Source of the DNA: Azolla caroliniana
Taxonomy: Eukaryota; Plantae; Polypodiophyta
DNA length: 64,000 nucleotides
NCBI GenBank assembly: GCA_043228905.1
Contig: JBHGNT010000007.1
Location: forward strand, 13,144,001 to 13,208,000
Reading direction: 5' to 3'
Part shown: in pieces, positions 36,001-48,700 of the stretch
Numbering within the stretch: the stretch's first letter is position 1
How the letters are laid out: the number at the start of each line of letters is the position of its first letter
The notes under the pieces: model-generated
Databases searched by the model: none
The model's input: only the letters and a program-made list of their open reading frames with translations
What the model was told of the DNA's origin: nothing
Program-made: the position numbers and the translations under genes

Positions 36001-38750
36001 TACACGTGGCCGAACTCGTGGAGCACACAAGCAATTTCACGGAATAGCATATCTTCGCCGCCCTGTGTCCTATAGCCCTTGCTGGCTAGAGAGTACTCAC
36101 CGAAATATTTGATGAGTTGCTTGGGGGTAGGATTGTCGATCGTGTAGATACCTCCCTCCGGAAGGCCTATTAACGCACGGATCGCCTCCTCCGTGATCAC
36201 CTCCGTGTCGATTTCTTTTATAATCTTCTCGGCCTCCTTGTGTGGCGCCGCCTCCATGATCGTTAAGAAACCCTCTAGACCGTGCTGCCGTAACCATTTC
36301 TTGGCGGCTTTAGACAGCGTTTGGCAGTCCATCTCTACATCAAGGTCGAAGAGCGTTGGCGAGGTTTGATGGTGGGGAGAGTGTGAGAGAGAAAGTTATG
36401 AGGGAGGGGGTTCTCTGTGTGGGAGCTCTCTACGATTTATCTTCACGCGTTGCTCTGCGTTTGTTCTCCTTGGTTCGCAATAGGAGAAGGTCTCAATGCG
36501 TGGGGGTTTTTCTCTCTGCATCTTGGCGCCTTTTTCGAGCCTTCGCATGTGCAGGTCGTGTACTATAATAGCATTGCGTGCCATGTGGCGGTGGTTTAAT
36601 GTCCTATTCATAGCTCCTCGTACCTTTTCAACGTGCCTCTTTACTCCTTGTGTGCATGGCCGTTTCCACCACTCCTTTCCATGATTTATTTGATTCGCTC
36701 CTTTATTCTCTCTCTTTTTTTTTCTTTTTTTAACTTACTTCTGTGGTTAGTTTTTCTCCGGTCCTGTCGGACCCTTGCCCGAAGCATGCAACTTGCTGGC
36801 CTCTTGACGGTTTGCCGTCGTTCTGCTCTCCTCGGTTGCCGGCTCATGCTCCTCCTTACTGGCTTGGTGGTAGCCGTCGTCTTCACCGGTTGCCGTTATG
36901 GTTGGCCTGCCGGCGTCTGATTCGGTGGCGGCCTTTCGTTCAAATGGGTTCTTAGGCATAGGTCCTTTGTATGGTTTTAGTCTAAATCCGTTGACCCATT
37001 TGCCCAACACTTCTCCGGCAAGTGTCCCCAACTGGTAGGACCCATTGAACTCGCGTGTGATCCAGTACGGTCCGGTCCATCTAAACCGTAGTTTACCTGG
37101 CATTTTGCCCATCCGGGTCTGGAACACGAGTACTGGCTTGCCGGTCCCGAACATCTTCTCGTTTCCCTTCCGGTGCCGATCTACAAATGCTTTCCGTCTC
37201 CGTTGTTCCAATTCCAGGTGCATAATGCTCGCCAGTCGGTGTTCTTCCAATTCGCACAGAGCCTTTAACCGAATTGCCTTCGATTCCTTTTCGTTCAATC
37301 ATTCCCGAATCTGAATCCGTAAGCTTGGTACTGGAACTCGACCGGCATGATTGCCTCCAATCTGAATGCTAACCGGAACGGTGTTGTCCGGATGCTTGTT
37401 TTGTACGCTGTCCGGTAAGCCCCGAGCGCACTATGCAGCTTTGTGTCCCAATCTATCCGATTTTCATTGAGGATCTTCCGGAGGATATTCTGGAGCGTTT
37501 TGTTCGTCGACTCAGCTAACCCATTTGCTTGCGGATAGTACGGTGTGCTTCGTTTATGTACTACCGCATAGAACGTCGTCAAACTTTCTACCACCAGCCC
37601 AAGAAAGTGCCCTCCTTGGTCGCTTATCAGCTCTATGGGGCATCCGTACCGGCACCAAATGCATTCGTATAAGAATTTCGCCGTTGACGCCGCGGTGTTG
37701 TCTCGTAGGGCTTTCGCTTCCACCCACTTAGTGCAATAATCCGTCGCGACGATCACGTACCGGTTGCCGGTTCTCATTGCCGGTGGTTTAAATGGCTTGA
37801 CGAAATCCAACCCCCATTTCTGGAATGGTTCTAGTGGTAGGACTGGCTGGTGTGGCATCCGAGCTTGTTCCGTTGGCTGACCCATTCGTTGGCATAGATC
37901 AAACTCCTTCGCATATCAGACTGCATCTTTCAATGTGGTTGGCCACCATAGGCTACTTTGCCATACTTTCCTTGCCGTCGCATCTCCGGCATAATGGCCT
38001 CCGGCGACTCTGTAGTGTGCCTCTCGTAGTATTACCTCCTTCTCGTCGCTGCGCACCACTCGTTGCCAGATACTGTCCGCACCTTTGTGGTATAGCGTGT
38101 CCTGTAATAAACAGAAGTGTCGGCTCTGTACCGCCAGACGTTTTCTCTTGTCCCGGTTCATCTCCTCCGGAGGCAATCCGGTACTCAGAAACTGGTGCAT
38201 ATTAGTTAGCCACTTATCTTCTTGTGGCACCATTTCATCTATTGCCATTTCCGTGGTGACCCGAAAAAGCTCTGCATCCGAAAACTCGTTCGGTACTCCG
38301 TCACCTGTCTCCCCGGAATCTAACCGGCTTAAATAATATGCGACCGCATGCTATATGCCGGGTCGGTGGAATATCTCGAATTCAAACTCTTGCAACAACA
38401 AAGTCCACCGGGCCAACTTACCAGTAAGTGACGGTTTGGATACTAGGTAGAGGAGTGCCGAATGATCTACATGGAAGGAGAACTTTCTTCCCAATAAATA
38501 ATGCTTGAATTTTGTTACACTGTAGATCATTCCTAAAGCCTCCCTTTCCGTGGTAGAATAATTTCGTTCCGCTTGGGATAGCTTCCGGCTGGCATAGTAC
38601 ACTGGCCGGTACCACCTTGGCTCGGTAAGCTGCATGAGCGCGCTGCTGATTGCGATATCGAAAGCGTCCACGAACACATGAAACTCTTTACTCCAATCCG
38701 GAGGCTGCACTACCCGTGCTTGTGACAATAACACCTTTAGTGCCTGGTAC
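33056..38750 (-). mobile_element. Element G: 5'-truncated non-chromovirus Gypsy (RNase H, integrase, extra ORF, 3' LTR)
   Basis: LTR 33056-33518; extra ORF ~33600-36332; integrase 36747-38248; RNase H 38351-38750; fused to E sequence at ~38750 by a deletion. Confidence 0.9.
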
Positions 38751-41700
38751 ACCTTTCGATTTTATTGCTTTGAGTTTGTTGAGATTGATGTGGCCGATTT
38801 GCTTGTGCCATAGCTCTATGTCGGAGTCGGCTTTCGTGCTTTTTGCAAACATGGCAGATTTCATCTCGTGTGAATCAAGAATGAACATCCAGCCCTCTCT
38901 TCTTTCGTGCGCAATGATTCAGCCCTCTTTTTTTATGAAACACCCTTCTTGGTCGAATCATACTTGCATCCCTTGCTCAACCATTTGGCCGACCGAGACC
39001 AAGTTCTTCGTGATGGTGGGAAAATGCAAGACATTTTTAATGTATGTTTGCTTACCTCTGTAAAGAATCAAGAGATGGATTCTTGTGAAGCGGAAGAGAT
39101 GTGAGTTATGTGTGTGTGTAAGAGAGAGAGAGAGAGAGAGAGAGACACACACACACAGAGAATACGCAAGGTAAAAGTATATTGACAAAGGAGAAAGACT
39201 CAACATTATACAAGGTGGGAGGAGGGTGCTTTATGTAGTCACCCTCTCTCTTCATTAACTACAAGACTCATGGAGCATGGGGAATGTGAAAGCTCATAAG
39301 TTATATGTCATAGAATATGATTCTATGACTCATACTAAATGCTAGAATACAAAGTGGTGACATAATGGTGACTCTTGACCGTTGGAGTGTTTATTCACTC
39401 TCAAGGTGAGTTCACACACTAGACCAAGTTGAGCTTGATTCTCAACACGCCCCCTCAAGCTCAAGTCGGGTCGGTTTCAGACGGTATCTGAAATCCGCTT
39501 CAACTCGTGTTCTGGAGTCCGCGTCGACTCGTGTCGACTTGCATTTATGCGGAGTTGGGGAATCCATGCTCCAGCTTGCGTTGTGCGTGGTTACGAAGTC
39601 TGTGCTTCGGCTTGCATCTTTTTTCGCGGTTTTGTTGCGTGGTTGCGGAATCCACACATTATTGCGTAGTGCACGGTTGCGGAATCTACGCGTTATTGCG
39701 TAGTGTCTTCAGTACTCCCCCTCAAGCTTGGCAGGTCAGGGATCGTCAATCTGAGATCGGTCATGAATTGTGATAGCTTGTCGGCTCCTAAGGCTTTAGT
39801 GAGTATGTCGGCCGTTTGAAGATTGGTGCTAATGTGTTGTAGGTCGACATCGCCAGCCAGAACGCACTCTCGGATGAAGTGATAGTGCACTTCGATGTGC
39901 TTTGTCCGCGCGTGGAACATTGGGTTCCGAGCCAGATAGATACTGCTCATGTTGTCGCAATAAAGGGAAGTCAGATCCTTGATGGGTACGCCCAGATCCT
40001 TCAAAATCCTCTTGAGCCATACGGCTTCACACGCAGCTACGGCTACGCCCCTGTATTCCGCCTCCGTACTTGAAAGAGCGACGGTAGGCTACTTCTTGCT
40101 ACTCCAGGATATTGCTCCGCTGCTGAGGGAGAAAACAAATCCAGAGGTTGATCTTCTATCGGCTTTGTAGCCAACCCAATCGGCGTCGGTGTACCCCTCG
40201 AGTCGTATCGGCATCGCGGACTTGTAGAGGATGCCGTAATCCATTGTACCGCTCACGTATCGTAGAATTCTCTTAGCGCAATCCAAGTTAGTATCACGCG
40301 GTGTTTGCATGAATTGGCTAAGGAGATCGACCGGATAACTGAGATCGGGTTGTGTGATCGTGAGGTAGATGAGACTCCCGATGAGTTGCTGATACTGAGT
40401 CGGCTCACACACTTTGGTGCCGGAGTTCGCATCTAGTTTGAGATTGCAATCAAGCGGGGTTGCCACGGATTTGCATTCAGCCATCCCGAACTTGTATAAC
40501 AAGTTGAGGATGTAGTGCCGTTGAGAGATCATGATTCCGGCCGGAGTCCGAATTACCTCGATGCTGAGGAAGTAGTGGAACTCCTTCATGTCCGTCATCT
40601 CGAACTTGTCAGAAAGGAGGCATTTGACCTTATTGATGTCGACGAGATGCTCACCGCCAATTACTAGGTCATCCACATATAAAATGATGACGATCGGACT
40701 TGCAGAATCGCTTCATATGTAGAGGGAGTTTTCCGATTTTGACATACGGAAGCCGATTTGATGAAGATATTGCGTTATCTTCGAATGCCAAGCACGCGGT
40801 GCTTGCTTGAGGCCGTAGAGTGGCTTCTTGAGTCAGCATACAGCTCTCGGATGGGTGCTCGAGTTGAAGCCAGGTGGTTGTATCATGTACACCTCCTCTT
40901 CTAATTCGCCTTGTAGAAAGGTGTTCTTGACGTCCATTTGATGGAGGTGCCACCCTTTCGCTGCGGCAAGCGCAATTACGGTCCGCACCGTCGTCATCTT
41001 TGCCACCGGGGCAAAGGTCTCTTCGTAGTCGACGCCATGTGTCTGAGGGTATCCTTTCGCTATGAGTCGAGCTTTGTAGCGGTTTACGGAGCCATCAGCG
41101 TTATACTTCACCTTGTAGATCCATCTGCATCCGATCGCCTTTTTGTGCGGTGAGGTGGAAACGAGATCCCACGTCTCGTTCTTCCGTAGTGCCTGCATCT
41201 CCTCGTTCATTGCTTCGATCCATCTCGGGTGCTTCGTGGCTTCCGAAAAGGTTTCCGTCTCCCGTACTATCGCTACCTTCATCATAAAGGTGTAATGGTA
41301 CGCCGTATAATCGTTGTAGCCGAATCGGCTTACGGGGTTCTTTTCACGGGTGGATCGGCGGAGTTTTTCATTTGTAGAGATGAGGGATTTCTTGGCTCCG
41401 ATTGGTACCTCGAAACCGCCGAACTCACTGTCGAGTGAGTGAGTCACCTCATCGTCGTTGAAGCAATCGTCTTCGTATTCCGACATTTTCGCCTTGCCTT
41501 TGTCCATCTTCGGGCTAGGCCGTGATGTGCTTTGATCACTCAAAGGCTCTTGTGGTCCGCTCAGCTGGGTCGTGATTGGACTTTCTTCGATCATGCGTGT
41601 AGGGCGATCTTCATCCTCAATCTCTTGTTCGACAGATTCAGGGTCGGGCGGAGTCGGAGGCGAAGTTGTCTCTGGTGCGTACCAGGATGCGGACTCGTCA

Positions 41701-42712
41701 AAAACAACGTCTCGACTTACTCGAGATTTTCGAGTTGAGGGGTTGAAGCACTTGTACCCCTTTTGTTAGAGTGAGTATCCTACGAGGATACATTTCTCCG
41801 ACTTCGGGTCAAGCTTTTGACGCTTCTCGTCGGGGATGTGCACGTACGCTATCGCGCCGAATATCCGGATGTGCGATAAGTCCGGCTTCTTTCCGAAGTA
41901 TTTTTCGTGCGGAGTGACCTCGTGCACGCCGGATGTTGTGCACCGGTTCATTAGATAGACGGCCATATTTGCAGCTTTGGCCCAATATGACTTGGGCATA
42001 TGCTTCTCGTTCATCATGGCCCGCACTACTTCGAGAATGTGCCGATTTTTGCGCTCGGCTACTCTGTTTTGTTGCGGAGTTTGTCGGCAAGTGAATTCTC
42101 GCCGAATTCCTTCCTTTCGGAGATACGCCGTGAAATCATCCGAGAAGTATTCCTTGCCGCCATCCGATCGAAGACAACGTACATGTCAGCCCGTGGCTTT
42201 CTCGACGTCATTCTTGAGTGTTTGGAAGTGTTTGAACACTTCGCTCTTTTGCCGCATCGGATAGATCCAAGTGTGCCTAGAGAAGTCGTCGATGAAGAGC
42301 ACGTAATATCGGCATCCGCCGAATGTCGCCGTTTGAGCCTGACCCCATACATCGGAATGAATTACGTCGAGTACGCCTTTGCTCACATTCCGCTCCTTCG
42401 GAAATGGGTGTCGGTGTTGCTTGCCGAATTGGCACGCTACACATACACCTTCAATCTCCTTCTCTTTGAATGTCGGGAGTCTGATGACAACTCCTTTCGA
42501 TTTTATTGCTTTGAGTTTGTTGAGATTGATGTGGCCGATTCGCTTATGCCATAGCTCTATGTCGGACTCGGCTTTCGTGCTTTTCGCGAACATGGCGGAT
42601 TTCATCTCGTGCAAATCGAGAATGAACATCCGGCCCTCTCTTCTTCTGCGTGCGATGATTCGGCCTTCTTTTTCGATGAAGCACCCTTCTTGGTTGAATC
42701 ATACTTGCATCA

Positions 42713-45700
42713 TGTTGTCTGTCTGGCCAGACTAGCCTCAACACAGGTGTCTATCCGACACTTCTCCAAAGGGGTGGTAAGGATTGGATGCTAGGTTACA
42801 CGCATAAGATGATTATAATTAAGCACAGACGGCAAACAATACGAGATACAGATAAATACGCAATAATTACTATTGTATTACTTCCGTCAAAAAACTTTAC
42901 AAATCATCGGATCCTTTTATAGGCATCCGGCAAGGTTACAATCGGTGCGCTTAGGCAACCGACATCCGAATCGGTTCGGATCCGGATCGGTACAACTGTA
43001 CCGAATCCGTCCCTCCGAATAATAATTCTACTATTATTTACTTCCTATTATCCGATCCGATTCCGCCTTCCCACTTGTCCTTGCTCTTCTGACCGGCCAA
43101 CACATGGCACGCCCGTGGGAAAGTGCCTTGCACTTCGAATCCACTCCCGGCCTCAGTCTTCCTCCAAAATATCGAGCACACTTTGCTCGATAGTGTCAAG
43201 TGGTGCTTCTTCCTCCTGTTCCTGTTCCTTGCCTGCCTGGTCTCCGACCTCCTGTTGGGTAGGCTGTTCCGTAAAAATTTGCTGCTCCGGCTCTGCTTGA
43301 TTCTGTGGTGCCGGTGCTTCCTCACCGCTTCGTCCGGGTTCTTCCTGTTCTCCCTCCGTTCCTGGCTCTGTTCTGTTACCGGTGTCGCTTTCTCCGGTCT
43401 CGACTGGTCACTCGATATGCCTCCTTCCTCTGCTCTGGTGTCTTCCGGTCTCAGCTCTTCTTCTTCTCCGACATCGGTCTGCTCCTGCTCTTCTTCAAGT
43501 TCGTCTTCGGGTATTCCTCGTCGGGGTTGTTCGGTGTCGGTTGGTTCATCTTCAGCCGGTCGCTCTCCCTCACTTATCGTGATTGGCGTCGTTCTTCCCT
43601 TAGCTTCCTGTCGTAACTGGTCCTGCTCGTATCTCTCCAACTCCAACTGAGTTGCGAGCTGCCCGTCATCCAACCTCTCTACCAACCCTCGGATTTCTTT
43701 GAGGTGTTCTTCTGCTAAAGTGTAGAAATCCTCCGACAATTCTTCCCGAATGGCGACGATACTTTCTTCATCCATCTTGTAGAACCTGTCACCGGTCTTC
43801 CTCCGATTCTCGGCATTCGCTCGGAGTGTCTGCAGCTCGGCTGCCTGTTGTGACCACTCCTTCCATAGCTTTTCCGTACTTTCGTTGATGCTTGCCTGAG
43901 CTCGGGTACTCCATCCTGACATGATGAGCTTGATCCGGGCAACCCCTGCCTTAGCATGCGCATAAGCTTCCTACTTTTCCTTCCTTGCCCGTTTTATAAT
44001 GTCGGCCATTATCTGAGCCTGGGCCTCGTAATCTGCTTTCTGCTTTTCATAGGTACTCTGCAGTTTGCTGATCGTGAAGGTCGATTTTTCCTTTTCTTCA
44101 TTCCTGATCTTGGTCAGGTCCAGCTTTTCCCGCCTTAGCGCCTCTAATTCCTTCCTTCTCTCCGTTGCTTGGGCTATTTCCGCCGACAATGCTTCCTTGT
44201 TGGCACTGACCTCATCCATCACCTTAGCCAGGTCTAATCGGGTTTCTTTGAGCTGCTCTTTCAGCTTCTCTATTTGCCGGTCGTAGTCTGCTGCCCGTTT
44301 TTTGTTGTCCGACTCGGCCTGCTTGTGATCTCGGTAGAGACGGTCGAAGTCCTCCGTCTTCTGCTTCAGGCGTCGGGATGCCTGAGCTCTTAACCGATCG
44401 TCCCGGTCCTTTTGTTGTCGGAGTTCTTCCTGCAGTCGTTCTATCTCTTGCTCGGCATGTCGACGTAGTCGGTCCTTCTCCTTCTGCAGCTTCTCTTTTT
44501 CTTCTTGCGGTCGGTCATTAGCGGCTCGACCTTTCCGGAGGCCTTCTTCCATTTTTCGTCTGTCGTCCTCCACCGCTTTCCACTGCTCCCTTTCTCTTTC
44601 CCTTAATGCCTCCTGAGCTTTTAACTCCTCTCGTAAGGTTTTTATTATTTTTTCGGTCTCAGGGCCGGTTTGCAAGGCTACCGGTTCCGGTTCTGGTTCT
44701 GGTTGCTTCCTTTTTGTCCCGACCGGCTCGGTGACAGCTTGTGCTTGTTGAATTCCTTCCCTTGCCTGCAACAGCTCCTCTTGCATTTCCTCGATCTGTG
44801 TTCGGAGCGCGACCAACTCCTGAGTTGTTGTATGCGTCAGCTGTTGCCGACACGTTTCTTCTTTCTCTAACTGGTCCGCTACTCCCGATAACTGCTCCGA
44901 AAGCCATCTTAGCCATTGTGGCTTTGTTCTTCCGGTGTCGGGGTGGCCTTGCTCACTTAAGCCAGGCTGATTTTCCGGCCTCTTCTCTGGCTCCGGCTCC
45001 GGCGCTTGTTCCTTCTTCTTCTCTGGGATGACCGGTTTTCTGAAGTCCGGCCCAACCGGTGTCGGTGCTGCTTCCCTGGGTACGGGTTCCGGTGCTGTTT
45101 CCGCCTCGGCTACTGGAGATGGTCCTTGCGCCCTCTGTTGAGTTCTGTCCACTGGTGGAGCCGGTCCTTTCGCCCGTTTCTCCCGACCTTGTCTTGCTGG
45201 GAGTCTTACCAGTGGTTCGGATGAGTCTTCTGTTTCAGTTTCCTCCTCCGGTGCAGTTACCAGACGGACCTTTTGTCTAGAGACCTCTGGTTCCGGCCGT
45301 CGCAGCGTTATATGGATTGGTTTGCGCGCTACCGGTTCCTCCTCGGCCGCTTTCCCTTTGCCTTTACCTGCCGGTTTTGCCTTTGTTGTCGGTTCCTGTT
45401 GCTGTCGGGATGGTCCTTCCCCCTGCTGTTCTGCTTCTTGCTGGGTCCATCCGGGAGTGTGTTTCTCCAAGATCTGTCGGCACTTTGTGACCTTTTTCGG
45501 CGTCGTCTCCTGCCGACCTCTTTTCTTTTGTGTGATGGGGATCACCGGTGGGACTAACACCGTTAGCCATTGTGCTATCCCGGCCCATGGCTTTTTTCCT
45601 TCCACAAGATTTCTGATGGCCTCCTTCAATCCTTCGGTTATGAAATGGAGCCAATCTATTTGTAAGCCCTCGTACGTTGCTATTAAGAACGTTGCCCGGT

Positions 45701-48700
45701 ACTTGGCTATGGCTGGGGGACGGGGATTCACGAATCCGTATTCCATCATAGCGCGGGCCACTTCTCCGAACAACGGGTTCTCTCCGCCCTGCGTTCGGTA
45801 CGCCTTGCTGCTGATAGAGTATTCCCCGAAATATTCGAACAGGATTTCACTGAAAGGGTTTTCGATTGTTTGAAGTCCTCCTGCTTTATTCCCCGTGAGC
45901 GCCTGCACCGCTCCTTCCGTGACTTCTGATATATCGATCGATGCTGCCGCCTGCTCTGGTTCTGCGTGTGGTGGAGCGTCGGCGATCCGCAACAATCCTT
46001 TTAACCCGTTCTCCCTCATCCATTGGCGTGCCTCTTCCGACAGTACCATTGTTCCGAATTCTTCGTCTGCTGCCTGTTGTTCGGGATCGCGCTGTGTGTG
46101 CTCTGTGCGTCGGGTCGCTCTTCTGTGCTTCTGCGCCTGTATGTAGGAAAATTTGTAAAAAGTGAGCCCTTCGCAGGCCTGTGTCTTATATAGTGGGTTG
46201 TGCCTCGAGCCGCCCTTTTTCGTTTCCCGCGCATGTTCCTCTCCCGCCATAATTACTATGTCCTTTCTTGTTTGCCGCATGTGAGTGCCCACGTTCCATG
46301 CTTTAAATAGCCAGTCCGCGCACATCCTTCTTTAATGCATGGCGCCTCTTCGTTGCATGGTGGCGCTCCCACCTCTTGTGATCTCCCCATCATTACGATG
46401 ATTCGCGTCGATTTTGCCCACGTCATTTATTTATTTATTATTTATTTATTTTATTTATTTTTATTATTTATTTTTATTTTTATTTTTATTTTTCCTTTTT
46501 GCTTGGACCACGTCATTTGCTGGTCCCCCCCGATTTGTTCGGGTCGGTTCGTGTGGATACCGGATCCTTCTCTCGGTTTTCCGGGATAGTCTTCGTCAAT
46601 ATCGGTGTCGGTTCTTCCTCGGTCCGAATATCTTCAGCAGCGTCTGTCGGTGTCGGTTCCTCATCTTGCCGGATTTCCGGGTTTCGCTTGAACGGGTTGG
46701 CTGGCATATTTCCCTTATACGGCTTTAGCCGAAATCCATTTGCCCACTTGCCGATGACATCTCCAGACAACGTGCCGAGCTGATACGACCCATTGTACTC
46801 CTTGGTGATCCAGAACGGTCCTGTCCATCGAAACCGCAACTTTCCCGGCATGCTCCCCATCCGTGTCTGGAATAGTAGCACCGGTTTCCCGACTTCGAAC
46901 TCCTTTTCATTGCCACGCCGGTGTCGGTCCACGAAGGCTTTTCTCCTCCTTTGCTCCAGTTCGAGTTGTAGTAAGCTGGCTATTCGGTTTTCCTCTAATT
47001 CCAACAGCGTTGCCAGCCGGATTCGTTCGGACTCGTTCTCACTTAAGCGCTCCTTCACCTGAATCCGTAAGCTGGGGATCTGGAACTCTACCGGCATGAC
47101 CGCTTCTAACCCGAATGCTAGTTGGAACGGGGTTGTCCGGATGCTGGTTTTGTACGTTGTTCGGTACGCCCATAGTGCGCTTTGCAATTTCGTATCCCAG
47201 TCGGTCCGGTTCTCGTTGACGATTTTTCGTAGGATGTTCTGCAGAGTTTTGTTCGTTGATTCCGCTAGTCCATTGGCTTGAGGGTAGTAGGGTGTACTCT
47301 TTTTATGTACCACCGCGTAAAATGACGTCAGGCTTTCTACTACCTGCCCGAGAAAATGTCCTCCTTGGTCACTTATAAGCTCGATCGGGCATCCATACCG
47401 GCACCATATGCATTCGTACAGAAACTTTGCCGTGGACGCGGCCGTGTTGTCCCGTAAGGCCTTTGCTTCTACCCATTTGGTGCAATAGTCGGTCGCCACT
47501 ATGACATACCGATTCCCGGTTCGCATTGCCGGTGGTTTGAAGGGACCGACAAAGTCCAACCCCCACTTTTGAAATGGTTCTAAGGGCAAGACCGGGTGGT
47601 GTGGCATCCGGGCCTGCTCTGTGGGTTGGCCCAGTCGTTGACACAAATCGCATTCTCTGCTATACTTCACGGCATCTTTTAGGGTGGTCGGCCACCATAG
47701 TCCGCTCTGCCATATTTTCCGAGCGGTTGCGTCGCCGGCATAATGCCCGCCGGCAATTCCACAGTGGGCTTCCCTGAGGATTAGATCCTTCTCATCGCTC
47801 CGCACTGCTCGTCTCCAGATGCCATCTGCCCCCTTGTGATAGAGGGTGTCTCCAACCAAGCAGAAATGTCTACTTCTTACTGCTACCCTTTTCCTTTCAT
47901 CACGGTCCATGTTCTTCGGGGGAACTCCGGTGCTCAGGAACTGGTGCATCTCAGTTAGCCAGGTGTCTTCGTCGGCTACCGTTGTATCCGTTGCCGGTTT
48001 CGTCGTGATCCAGAACAATTCGGCGTCGGGAAACTCATCCTGGACGCCGTCCCCTGCTTCTCCGGATTCGAGTTTGCTTAGATAGTCCGCTACTGCATGC
48101 TGCGCCCCGGGTCGGTGGAAAATGTCGAATTCAAATTCCTATAGTAGCAGTGTCCACCGTGCAATTTTTCCCGTCAGGGATGCCTTCGAGACTAGGTAGA
48201 GTAGTGCCGAATGGTCGACATGGAAGGAAAACTTCCTTCCGAGCAGATAGTGCCTGTACTTTGTGACACTATACACCATTCCCAATGCCTCGCGTTCCGT
48301 CGTAGAGTAATTCCGTTCGGCTTTTGAGAGTTTCCGGCTTGCGTAGTACACCGGTCGGTACCATTTCAGCTCTGTGAGTTGCATCAGAACGCTGCCGATT
48401 GCTACGTCCGACGCGTCGACGAAGACGTGAAAGCTTTTACTCCAATCCGGCGGTTGCACCACCGGAGCTTGCGACAACATAACCTTCAACGCTTTGTAGG
48501 ATTCCTCCTCCGTCTCTGCCCATAGGAAGGGTACCCTATGTACGGCGGTATGTAACGGTGTAGCGAAGTCCGCGAGGTGCCGTATCATCCGGCTATGCCA
48601 CCTTATTTGGCCCAGGAACTGGCTTAAAGCCTTTGCGTTACTTGGTGCTGGTGCATCGAGAATCGCCTTGACTTTATCCGGATCTACCGCGATTCCTTCC

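Noticed and set aside
29632-39447. Pairing the LTRs at 29632 and 39059 (or 54332 and 56073) as one element or TRIM
   Set aside because: TSDs CAACC and ACCTC pair 29632 with 56465 and 39059 with 54704, which shows nesting.
43971-46325. Host SMC/myosin-like gene or viral env
   Set aside because: Lies inside LTR-bounded H with homologues at the same position in G and J; no ATPase motif, signal peptide or transmembrane segment seen.
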